This document shows, piece after piece, positions 56,601-64,000 of a DNA stretch of 64,000 nt. Source of the stretch: Zancudomyces culisetae HAW-14-8 (lineage: Eukaryota; Fungi; Kickxellomycota); NCBI GenBank assembly GCA_052426225.1, contig JBNJNM010000006.1, positions 248,001-312,000 of the forward strand, written 5' to 3'. The position numbers and the translations under genes were made by a program. How positions within the stretch are numbered: position 1 is the stretch's first letter; every line of letters begins with the position of its first letter. The notes beneath the pieces were generated by a model that saw nothing but the letters and a program-made list of their open reading frames with translations, did not search any database and was not told where the DNA came from.

Positions 56601-57467
56601 AACCAAAAAGTCATCCTTTCTTTCTATCACCAGCAGATCAACTGGAAATTTATAACCTGCTATAGATATTGGCACTCTAAACACTTTTCCTGCTGTCTCG
56701 TGAGTTCCTCCGTCTGCTGTCACCAATATCTGCTTACTTTTTTGTTCCACTTGTAGTCCTAGTCTTTCAAGTAGCCCAAGGTTGATCACCGAGCACGCAG
56801 CTCCGGTGTCTACTACGGCCCATACGTACTCATTGTATACTTCTACTAACGCTCTGCAATTAGTTGTCCTGAATTCAGATACATGAAATTGATTCATTTG
56901 TGTCTGCCCGACATTTTTTCCCAATTCCAAGTATTCGCTTCTTATTCTTGGTGCTTCCAAAAGCAGTTGTGGAAGTTTGATTGTGGACTGAAATTCCATT
57001 AGATCCTTTCTTATCGAGTACTTCTCCACCCCGACTGCCATACTTGGTATCTTCTTATTAACCACCCTCGTTCTCTTAACAGCTATTTCCTTCATCTTAA
57101 TATCCTCCTGCTTTACTGCTTCTGTTCTATACCTCTTAGCTGTAGGCTTACTTACATCTCCTTGCTCATTTGTTTCTCTCGATCGTTTGTCTACCAACCA
57201 CACTTCTTGTTCTTTATCTTCTGTTGGCTTTTCAGCATTGGTATCGGTATTCAACAATTCAATTGAGTTTATCTTCTGGTTTTCCTGAATTTTCCCATTA
57301 TTCCTGTTTGGTTTCCTAAGGTCGGGACATTCAAATTTCCTGTGTCCTTTTTCTTGGCAGTGAAAACATCTTCCGTCTCTCAACAACTCTGAAGTTCTAG
57401 ATGAATTATTATTTCTGTATCTCATACTATTAACTCTTTCTAACGTTTGATCCATTTTATTTATCAT
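53685..57467 (-). CDS. Gypsy nucleocapsid-Pol polyprotein
   Basis: CFHCQEKGHRKFEC knuckle, VVDTGA protease, RT (LDARSGFWQ, MPFGL, FIDD), RNase H (TDAS), integrase HHCC + D-D-E; the stop codon lies inside the 3' LTR. Confidence 0.95.
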   Translation of the reverse strand: MINKMDQTLERVNSMRYRNNNSSRTSELLRDGRCFHCQEKGHRKFECPDLRKPNRNNGKIQENQKINSIELLNTDTNAEKPTEDKEQEVWLVDKRSRETNEQGDVSKPTAKRYRTEAVKQEDIKMKEIAVKRTRVVNKKIPSMAVGVEKYSIRKDLMEFQSTIKLPQLLLEAPRIRSEYLELGKNVGQTQMNQFHVSEFRTTNCRALVEVYNEYVWAVVDTGAACSVINLGLLERLGLQVEQKSKQILVTADGGTHETAGKVFRVPISIAGYKFPVDLLVIERKDDFLVLGTDWFVEHQVKLDMSTKELTLPKEQADVIISISTKLPGVPQGELTELFIIFKENIDINMTDQFDDPRIQEVKERNKDLFISEIEELKQTDLVEHTITLTEERPIKQKPYRIPHHLREKVMTELEVMAANGVITPCMSEWCSPVVAVWKKDGKLRICADYRKLNSVTKKDCYPLPTIEDIFMALSGSIIFSSLDARSGFWQIRMAAADRDKTAFSIPGSGSYCYNVMPFGLTNSPASFQRLMEKALARVLWKTAVVFIDDVIVFSKTINQHLEDLQEVFCLLRTSQIQLHNDKCKLGMKRLEYLGHVISSQGIGTSPIKIQAVMKTKNPTSVKELQAFLGLTGYYRKFVEGYATITSPLLKLLKKGSVWNWSQECEEAVKKLKDMLCSAPTLSHPNWDKEFILTTDASVNGIGAILSQSFEDGEKPISYISRITNQHERNYSVSHLEGLAVIWAVNKFKYYLYGKNFTIKTDHKSLMQLFNSKDITGRIARWAMILRNYNYTIVHIAGKTNPADALSRLENVVEAKEEEPIDIFTLDYLYFSAIKEYLQNFNYPSGADEAFRKKLRNKARKYTLRGETLYKRSKGTLKEVLHERNIHDIVKTVHEESHHGIENTWRTVTQRYSGEGLYEVVKNVVMECLKCQYYKGNRVKRSKLTPIVGRRPFEIFGLDAVGPINPVSKSGNRFILTGIDYLTKWPVAQAVSNIRSETVVNFTITKIVQEFGVPAQIITDRGAGFLGEVAQNVYEFLQIKHTPTTSYRPQSNGQVERFNQTLKNVLIKQCMKDKDNWDAYLWKSLLAIRTMRNRATKYSPAELLYGVRLATPSIWTPPPETDNWEIAIRERIESMNTEIPEMRNNGLENSIQAKESEKLAYDKNIIESRFKIGDMVMKANEQQLSKLERIWESPYQVERVLNYGTYVIADNEGNRDLVHGDMLKKFHHSQYMVPEVSNTLKSKLRRFRERVSPIWGRGSVV

Positions 57468-57705
57468 ATTTAAACTAACTTTTTCAAACTTTTAAATCAA
57501 TGCTTCTACCAAAGGCTCTCCGGCACTTGTGTTAGGATGTCTCCTGACCACTTTTTTTTCGTTTGTCTCTTTATCTTCTGCTTCCTCTTCACTTCCTTCT
57601 TCTGCTAATCTTTCAAACTTTTCTCTTTGGAGTATGTGTTTAACCACTTCGTCCCATTCCTTTAGTTCTGCTTTTAGTATTTTCCTTTTCAACTTTGTGT
57701 CTAAG

Positions 57706-58508
57706 TGTTATAATCAATGAGCTGCTTATAACTATGCTGTGATTAATATTCAGTATTATTATTTATTAGGAAGAAGTAGTTATTTAGAAAAATATATTAT
57801 TAGATGAGTTAATGATATCTTTTTCTCTGATGTATCCCAACGGAATTTCGAAGGGTTTATATATTTTTTCATCAGAGAAATTTGCTATGAAAAAACTTAG
57901 TGATAATAATTTTTTAGTTTTAAAATTTTACTATGTAAAAATGAACTAATTTAAAGTAACTATCAAAATTGAGTTTATCAAACTTCTTGTTTGATTTATT
58001 CATGAGATTACTTTATCGATTTTAACATGTATTTTGTTTATCGATTTTAACATGTATTTTGTTTATATATTTTTACATGTATTTTGTTTATCGAATTTTA
58101 TCATGGTTTTTGGTTATCCAATTTTAACATGTATTATGTATATCGATTTTGCCTATGATTATGTATATCGATTTTGCCTACGATATTGTATATCGATTTT
58201 GCCTATGATTTTGTATATCGATTTTAACATGAATTTTATAAATTTAATTATTGAAAATTTTCTTTAATTTTCTTTGTCAATTTTCCCAATAATAAATACT
58301 GTGATTTCATGGTGAATTTTGCATACATGATTCCAATGTCGGAATGGCTTATTTGAATGTCGTAAGTGAAATAATAAAATAGTTTAATTTTTTATAGAAC
58401 AAAAATGTAAACTAAAATTTATGTTCCGGGAATTTGCCATTCCTAACATTTTAGGATCGATTCCAACAAAGATCCATTTTTTTTTGGAATATATTGCCAT
58501 TCCTAACA
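57706..58508. mobile_element. Nested solo LTR (803 bp) with 5-bp TSD CTAAG
   Basis: Termini TGTTA...TAACA; CTAAG at 57701-05 and 58509-13. Confidence 0.88.
58014..58238. repeat. About 9 x 25-bp tandem repeat (TATCGATTTTAACATGTATTTTGTT-like) inside the nested LTR
   Basis: Degenerate copies at about 25-bp period. Confidence 0.85.
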
Positions 58509-59037
58509 CTAAGCTAGAAACTAGAGCATTCCATTTAGTTTTTTTGTCTGAAACTTTTGCCTTCAATAGTAGTTCTTCCAGATCTATCTCCAATTCTTCT
58601 ATTTGATTGTAATCCTTAAGCTTGATTGTCTTTATCTTTTCCCAAGCGTCTAGTTCATTTTCTTCCTCTGAATACTTGCTTTTAAAGGCCTCACAAAACG
58701 ATTTCCAATCGGTAAACTTGCTCTTGTTTTTCTTAAACCACAAAACTTCCTTCTTATCCAGGTACAGTTGTACTAGCGCAACCTTATCATCGTCTGACCA
58801 GCCATTGATTCTGGCAATAAGGTCGTACCTTTCTAGCCAATCTTTGGGGTCAGTTTCCGCATTTGCACTAAATAAGTCTGGTGCTGCTGTTTGTCTGAAT
58901 AAACTTCCTGTATTGTTTTTCATTTCTAATATTATCTTGTCTTTTCTCAATTCTCTTATTAATATAATGATCAGTATACTAAAAGTGAGTCCTAATAATA
59001 GCACTTCAATGCTCATTACCAGTTATTCGCTGGTGGG

Positions 59038-59054
59038 CCTAGCTGGGAGCGCCA
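59038..59054 (-). promoter_or_regulatory. Primer-binding site of unit 0
   Basis: TGGCGCTCCCAGCTAGG 1 nt after the 5' LTR; complementary to a tRNA ending in GGGAGCG-CCA (tRNA not identified). Confidence 0.75.
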
Positions 59055-59055
59055 C

Positions 59056-59386
59056 TGTTAACTAAAATGTTTATATTTACTACTTAACTATACTATATAA
59101 GTAACTTACTGTATGTTTGGTATTTATACTTATTAAAACTTATATCTATTTTAATATTCTGTTAAGCTTATTTTATTTAAATTTCAAGTGGGCGTTTGCT
59201 TTAACCCCAAAAACTTTTCGATAATTATTATTCAAAACACTAATTAATAAATCCATGGACAAAACCACAGGGGGAAAAAAGTCCAATCTAAAAATAAAGA
59301 TAACTATACTATAATTTAACTACAATAAAATATTGAGATTTGAAATCTCAATGCATTAAGAGTTCTAATCGTATTACTATACGACA
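59056..59386 (-). repeat. 5' LTR of unit 0
   Basis: 331-bp copy of 53364-53694. Confidence 0.95.
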
Positions 59387-59392
59387 GTCGTG

Positions 59393-59746
59393 TGTCGTAG
59401 TATTCAAAACCCTCAGAGTTCTGAATACTAGTCTCTGCACGTGACATACCGGTTCGGGTATAATCACTGGATATTGATGCACTGCTACCCCGTAGCGTGA
59501 TGTGCATCAAGGGAGGCTCAGTTGAGCTATTATCCCTATACAATGTCGGTGAGATAGTACTCACGGACATTGACTCCGGGCTTCTACGGATTCGAAGTTG
59601 ACGAACACTTTCCGTCAACTCCCCAAGTGTTCGGGGGCTAACACCCCTGTCTCTTGGTCCATGCTACTGCCCCTGGTGCTGTTTGATGAGATGGAAGAAT
59701 CTCTCCTAGATTCATTCGCACCTGTACCAAAAAGTTAGTTGATCAT
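59393..59746 (-). pseudogene. Degraded copy of the LTR-borne ORF (early TAA and a 1-bp deletion)
   Basis: ATG ATC AAC TAA...; frameshift near 59640; otherwise homologous to 61148-61496. Confidence 0.7.
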
Positions 59747-60161
59747 TATTTTTTTTACTTTTATTTTTGCTGCTGTTTAAAAATCTTTATTTAGTTAATC
59801 TTTATTACTAATCCGTATGGTAGGACATGGATGATGGTTTATTTTCCACCATGTATCCTTTAAATATAAACTATAAAATCATTTTGTTCTCCAAATAGAC
59901 TATAAACATGATAAGGTATAACTAATAAAAAAATATTTAGGTTTGATAATATTGATGTAGTATGAACATGTATGTGAACATTTCTCATACTACATTCATC
60001 ATTATTGAATGGACGCAGTATGAAGAATTAATTTCATGCTGAGTCCATTAATTTTCATTTTCTTAATTTTTTAAATTATGTCCAGTTTTAATTCAAACTA
60101 TTAAAATATGGAGTGTATATCCATGCATTAATAGTAGTTTAATAGTTTTACTCATTCGACA
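59393..60161. mobile_element. Solo LTR unit 1 (769 bp), TSD CGTG, inverted relative to unit 3
   Basis: Termini TGTCG...CGACA; CGTG at 59389-92 and 60162-65. Confidence 0.85.
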
Positions 60162-60163
60162 CG

Positions 60164-60651
60164 TGTCAGAAATTACTGAAGATTTATAATCCTTTTTCCC
60201 ACTGGGTATTTTGATTGTAAATTCCGATAGTAATTTTACGACAATCAAATTCACAATGATGTCATCATATTACATCACAGTGAACGTAAATCAGTTGACG
60301 TCACTGTGAATGTAAATCTAATGACATCACTGTGAATGTAAATCGATCTAGTTCAACTTTCGTGAGTCATTACAACTCACATCAATTATAACAATGTTTT
60401 ATGTTTTCATATGAATTAGGCTATCTGTATTAATTTATAGTAATATTAATTTAGTTTATTTATAAGTTTATTTAGCGTTTCTAAAAGTATAAAAGACGTT
60501 CAAATTCTCGTCAGAGAAGGAGGAACAACAATTTTATAATATTTTTTACTTAATAACATATATAACAATAATAATAAAAATATAAAATATAAAATATTAA
60601 TATTATCAATAATAAATTTTTAGTCTATTAATAAAAGATATTAATACGACA
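60164..60651. mobile_element. Solo LTR unit 2 (488 bp), TSD GTCG
   Basis: Termini TGTCAG...TACGACA, followed by GTCG (60652-55). The left GTCG becomes adjacent once units 0 and 1 are excised in silico. Confidence 0.82.
60272..60347 (+). repeat. 3 x 26-bp tandem repeat with CRE-like TGAC(G/A)TCA sites in unit 2
   Basis: AC(A/G)TCAC(A/T)GTGAA(C/T)GTAAATC at 60272, 60298 and 60324. Confidence 0.8.
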
Positions 60652-61496
60652 GTCGCAATAAGCCGAATTGTAATGCAAATTCGAATAGTGTAAAAGAAAT
60701 TTTGTTGTATACTCATTGCGGAATGCCAATTTTTATAATTTTTATTGTCGTTTAAATTTTTGTTCAAATTAATTTCGACTCAGCATGAAATAAATTCTAC
60801 ATGCTGAGTCCATTCAATAATGATGATTCTAGTACGAAATATGTTTTCATACTGAACATCAAATAATTTTAATGATTATGTGTTCCCACACATAATCTTA
60901 ATTGCACGTATGCTGCAATTATGAAACAAAACTATTAGTATACTTAACAGCATAATAATAGTGTATAGTTAATTTATTATATTGAAAAACTAGGTTAGCA
61001 TTTAAGTTTTTAATCATATATATAATTGATAGAGTAGTCTATTAGGTAACTTTATCCATGTCCTACTTTACGGATTAAATAGTATAGTTAATAAACTCAA
61101 TAAAACAAACTTTAAAAGTATATACATATAATAAATAACCAAACATCATGAACTATTTCTTTTATACCAAGAGTAAATCCAAGAGGGATTCTGAAACTAG
61201 CTCCAGCCTGAGCACGGCTAGTAGCATGGACCAAGAGACTGGGGTTTTAAGTCCTCGGACTCTTGGGGAGTTGACAGAAAGTGTCCGTCAACTCCAAATC
61301 CGTAGGAGCCCAGAACCAATGTCCGTGAGCAGTATCTCACCGACATTGTATAGGGGAAACAGCTCACCCGAGCACCCTATTATGCACATCACACTACGGG
61401 GTAGTTGTGCATCTTCATCAAGTGGTCATACCCGAACTGGTATGACACATGATGAACTTAATAATCATGGTTACACGAATTATGATTATTACGACA
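60652..61496. mobile_element. Solo LTR unit 3 (about 845 bp), relative of unit 1
   Basis: (T)GTCGCAAT...TACGACA; diverged inverted homology to unit 1; right flank CTTG. Confidence 0.78.
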
Positions 61497-61525
61497 CTTG
61501 TCAGATACTAAAGTTTTTATGCTAG
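61148..61525 (+). CDS. Ser-rich ORF encoded inside LTR unit 3, reading out through the LTR terminus
   Basis: 125 aa; differences from the unit 1 copy are mostly at codon third positions. Confidence 0.6.
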   Translation: MNYFFYTKSKSKRDSETSSSLSTASSMDQETGVLSPRTLGELTESVRQLQIRRSPEPMSVSSISPTLYRGNSSPEHPIMHITLRGSCASSSSGHTRTGMTHDELNNHGYTNYDYYDTCQILKFLC

Positions 61526-61813
61526 TATCTCTTATTTTTATACTACTATGCTAAATATAAAACTATGTTATTCTAATTTTAAATAATACTATGTTCTATT
61601 TCAGACATAAGTTGTATATCTTTTTATTCCTAAATTAACTATTTATTCTGTAACATTTATTAAAAACTAACTAAAAAACTCTTAGATAAGATACTACTAA
61701 AAAATTATATTTAAAAACGAAATGAAATTAGAAAAAATCACTAGGATAAAAAAAACTAATGCATTTCGGATTCGTAACCAGTTACGAATCAATTGTCAAT
61801 TTGCTATATGACA
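61499..61813. mobile_element. Solo LTR unit 4 (315 bp)
   Basis: TGTCA...TGACA; right flank CGCT, left remnant CT. Confidence 0.72.
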
Positions 61814-61816
61814 CGC

Positions 61817-62501
61817 TGTTGTAATTTTAGATTGCAGAAAATTTCTCAGGAAATTTCCGCAACTAAACCTACAAAAAGTTCTGCTAATAGTGGGGGATTG
61901 TTACTGGAATAAGTTTTACTTTATTTAACCAGTCAACCCTACCTTTTTAGCTTATATTTAATTTAGTTTTATGTATTTATTACTTCAATAAATGCGATAA
62001 AACTGGGTAAAATTACGCCCAACTCCTAAAATTTGGTGTGCAAAACAATTAATTTTGGTCAAAAAATTAGACTCTGATACCTTTCTGATACCCTTTGTAA
62101 ATTGTGTTACGCTTCACTACCTATGTTTTTTTTGTTTTAGGTAGGTTTTTGCTCAAATTACAAATTTCAATTTTATAGAGTAAAATCAGGTATTTTAGAG
62201 CTAATTTATATTATATTTATTGAATAACTTTTAAAAACAAAAAGATAAATCACCAAACTTGTGGTGGAGTTACTAGTAATATACTAGTACCTGACTAGCT
62301 ATTTTATTAGAACTTTATATAATAGAAACTTAAAATAAAACAATTAAAACTTAATATTAAATCACTTTTTGGGTAATTTATTACCTAAGAAATCCCAGAT
62401 TACTAGCTCGAACACCCGAGATAACGGTGGTTATTCGGTGTTTGAGAAGCTGTATGCTGTTCATCCAATAGTTTAGCTTGGATAGAACTAAGCATACAAC
62501 A
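61817..62501. mobile_element. Solo LTR-like unit 5 (685 bp)
   Basis: 7-bp terminal inverted repeat TGTTGTA...TACAACA; flanks do not match each other. Confidence 0.65.
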
Positions 62502-62505
62502 TGTT

Positions 62506-62758
62506 TGTTGTGTGTTGCCATGTTTAACGTCCCATTAGTGTTTTTTACACCAAATAACACACGGGACGGGTCATTTTACTTACCTTTTACTATATGCTTC
62601 GAATAATTATAAAGTTAATTTGATTTTGCAAAAGAGGACATTTATTTAGTTAAACAAAAATTTCGATTTTATACAATAAAATCTACAAAAAATCTAACTA
62701 AAAATTACGTAACACAATTAACCAATGGAAATGTTTCGCCTATTGTAGTCATACAACA
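62506..62758. mobile_element. Solo LTR unit 6 (253 bp), TSD TGTT
   Basis: TGTTGTGTG...CATACAACA; TGTT at 62502-05 and 62759-62. Confidence 0.8.
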
Positions 62759-62761
62759 TGT

Positions 62762-63187
62762 TGTTATATATTATTTATATAATATAAGTATTTTACTATA
62801 ATTGTTCTATAATATTTCTTCAAGTTATTGTTATTAACTATAAAAAGGTAATTATATATTTAACTAATTATTTTCTGTATGTTTTTCTTTATTTTGTCAA
62901 ATAATTCCTTTTTTTTATACTTTTTTTTCTTTCTAAGTAAAAAATATTTTACTAAGATACTGAAACTAAACTTCTTTAATACTATAACAATAAATTACTA
63001 TTAAAATAATATGACATAACAAACGTTTGTATTTCGACACTATGAGTCATCAGAAAAAACTAGATGACGTTATTTTCATCGATATTGAAAAAAACTGATC
63101 CTCATTAGTTATCGGAAACTTATTATTTGTGCGTTTGCATGATGACTAATTAATTTGTCATCATGCTCTCCTGCCCACTAAATGACA
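62762..63187. mobile_element. Solo LTR unit 7 (426 bp), TSD (G)TGT
   Basis: TGTTA...TGACA; left TGT, right GTGT. Confidence 0.68.
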
Positions 63188-63192
63188 GTGTG

Positions 63193-63456
63193 TGTTAGAT
63201 TCAATTTATTATGAATTCTAACTGGTACTACTAGAGGGGTGGTATCACTAGACTGGGTTTAACCCTTTTAACTAGTTACCACTTTCTAGTCATACAAAAT
63301 TATGGAACCGGAACATTTATATGGGTCAAAATTTGACAATTTATTTGAGATTCAAAATAATAATTTCTTAAATACTAAATTTTACTAGAAAAACTAATAA
63401 AATACTAACTATAAAATTAACCAATAGTATGCAAACATTCTATTTTGCATACAACA
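63193..63456. mobile_element. Solo LTR unit 8 (264 bp), TSD TGTG
   Basis: TGTT...CATACAACA; TGTG at 63189-92 and 63457-60. Confidence 0.8.
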
Positions 63457-63460
63457 TGTG

Positions 63461-63918
63461 TGTCAGAATTTTTAATTCTTTTGTCGGATGACGCCGACTT
63501 TCCCGTTTGCACAGGTATTTTGATTGATAACTATTTGATTAATTTTACTACCTGTAAACGGTAGGGCCCAGGTTCTTAATTATTGATTATAATAGTATAT
63601 ATTTAGAAATATACTATTAAGAGTTTTGCGAATAAAACTAGGTGAAATTTTTTTCAGTAAAGGAAATTTGTTTGTTTATATGAATTCCCTTTACTAATAT
63701 AAATTTTATAACTATATAAATGGATAATATAATAGACTACTTAATAAATTTAATAAAAAATGATCACCGCATTGTGAACAAAAAAACCCTTTGGTAGGAA
63801 AAAACACAATGAGGTGAATCAGTACATTAGGTCAATCATGATGTACTGATTTACTGCCATTGTTGTATGACACTGCAATGAAAGCGGTAAATTTAAGTTG
63901 ATGCTTTTGCATACAACA
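63461..63918. mobile_element. Solo LTR-like unit 9 (458 bp)
   Basis: TGTCAG...CATACAACA; flanks TGTG and TCTT do not match. Confidence 0.65.
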
Positions 63919-63921
63919 TCT

Positions 63922-64000
63922 TGTCGTGAATATAAATTATTGGTAATTAAATAAGAGTAATAATGAATGTAATTTCCAAAATTGGTAATATTAAATTCAC
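63922..64000. mobile_element. Start of a further LTR-like unit 10 (truncated by the window)
   Basis: TGTCGTGAA begins 3 bp after the end of unit 9. Confidence 0.5.

Larger units (their letters stand above)
57492..59016 (-). pseudogene. Gypsy gag, interrupted by a nested solo LTR and followed by an in-frame TAA
   Basis: DPKDWLERYDLIARINGWSD...WFK...WKSFCEAFKSKY (retrotransposon gag). Removing 57706-58513 restores ...ALVSSLDTKLKRKIL... Confidence 0.85.
53364..59386 (-). mobile_element. Full-length Ty3/gypsy LTR retrotransposon (unit 0), 4-bp TSD GTCG
   Basis: Two 331-bp TG...CA LTRs; GTCG at 53360-63 and 59387-90; PBS, PPT and gag-PR-RT-RH-IN order. Confidence 0.96.

Noticed and set aside
57468-57494. 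Programmed stop-codon readthrough between gag and pol
   Set aside because: The TAA is in frame but lies upstream of the nucleocapsid zinc knuckle and lacks a CARYYA-type context, so a nonsense mutation is more likely. Other copies are needed to exclude readthrough.
58014-58238. 25-bp repeats as a CRISPR-like array
   Set aside because: Head-to-tail tandem copies with no unique spacers, inside an LTR.
59393-61496. A single 2.1-kb foldback/DIRS element or invertible switch with long inverted repeats
   Set aside because: Separate TSDs (CGTG, GTCG) resolve it into three independent solo LTRs, two of them related and oppositely oriented.
59387-64000. True CRISPR array or integron cassette array
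   Set aside because: There is no constant repeat and no cas or integron-integrase gene. The junctions are explained by LTR termini plus 4-bp TSDs, so the CRISPR comparison is only an analogy.

Overview
Eukaryotic nuclear DNA: AT-rich, with short GT-AG introns. Gene content (IntS9, GMPPA, GSKIP-like, Sdt1, Oca4-like) suggests an early-diverging fungus, possibly Zoopagomycota/Harpellales-like; this is an inference. Bases 1-51,040 are a gene-dense housekeeping block: HSP60 3' end, NDUFB7, IntS9, mitochondrial GluRS, an SPX-ACT-phosphoserine phosphatase fusion, GCN20, SCO1, an SH3-like protein, an auxilin-like protein lacking HPD, Oca4-like, GMPPA, SHQ1, CCDC90/DUF1640, PGM2, RING-H2, GSKIP-like, RPB3, CDC48, ORC1 and SDT1. 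From 53,209 there is a tRNA-Ala/tRNA-Lys pair only 2 bp apart. Directly upstream lies a stack of retroelement insertions running to the window end: one full-length Ty3/gypsy element with apparently identical 331-bp LTRs, then at least 10 mostly unrelated solo-LTR-like units. These units are joined end to end by shared or overlapping 4-bp target-site duplications (TSDs). The stack reads as a polarised, chronological record of insertions 8-10 bp upstream of the tRNA and is the main finding. The SPX-SerB fusion and a conserved LTR-encoded ORF are the next most notable.
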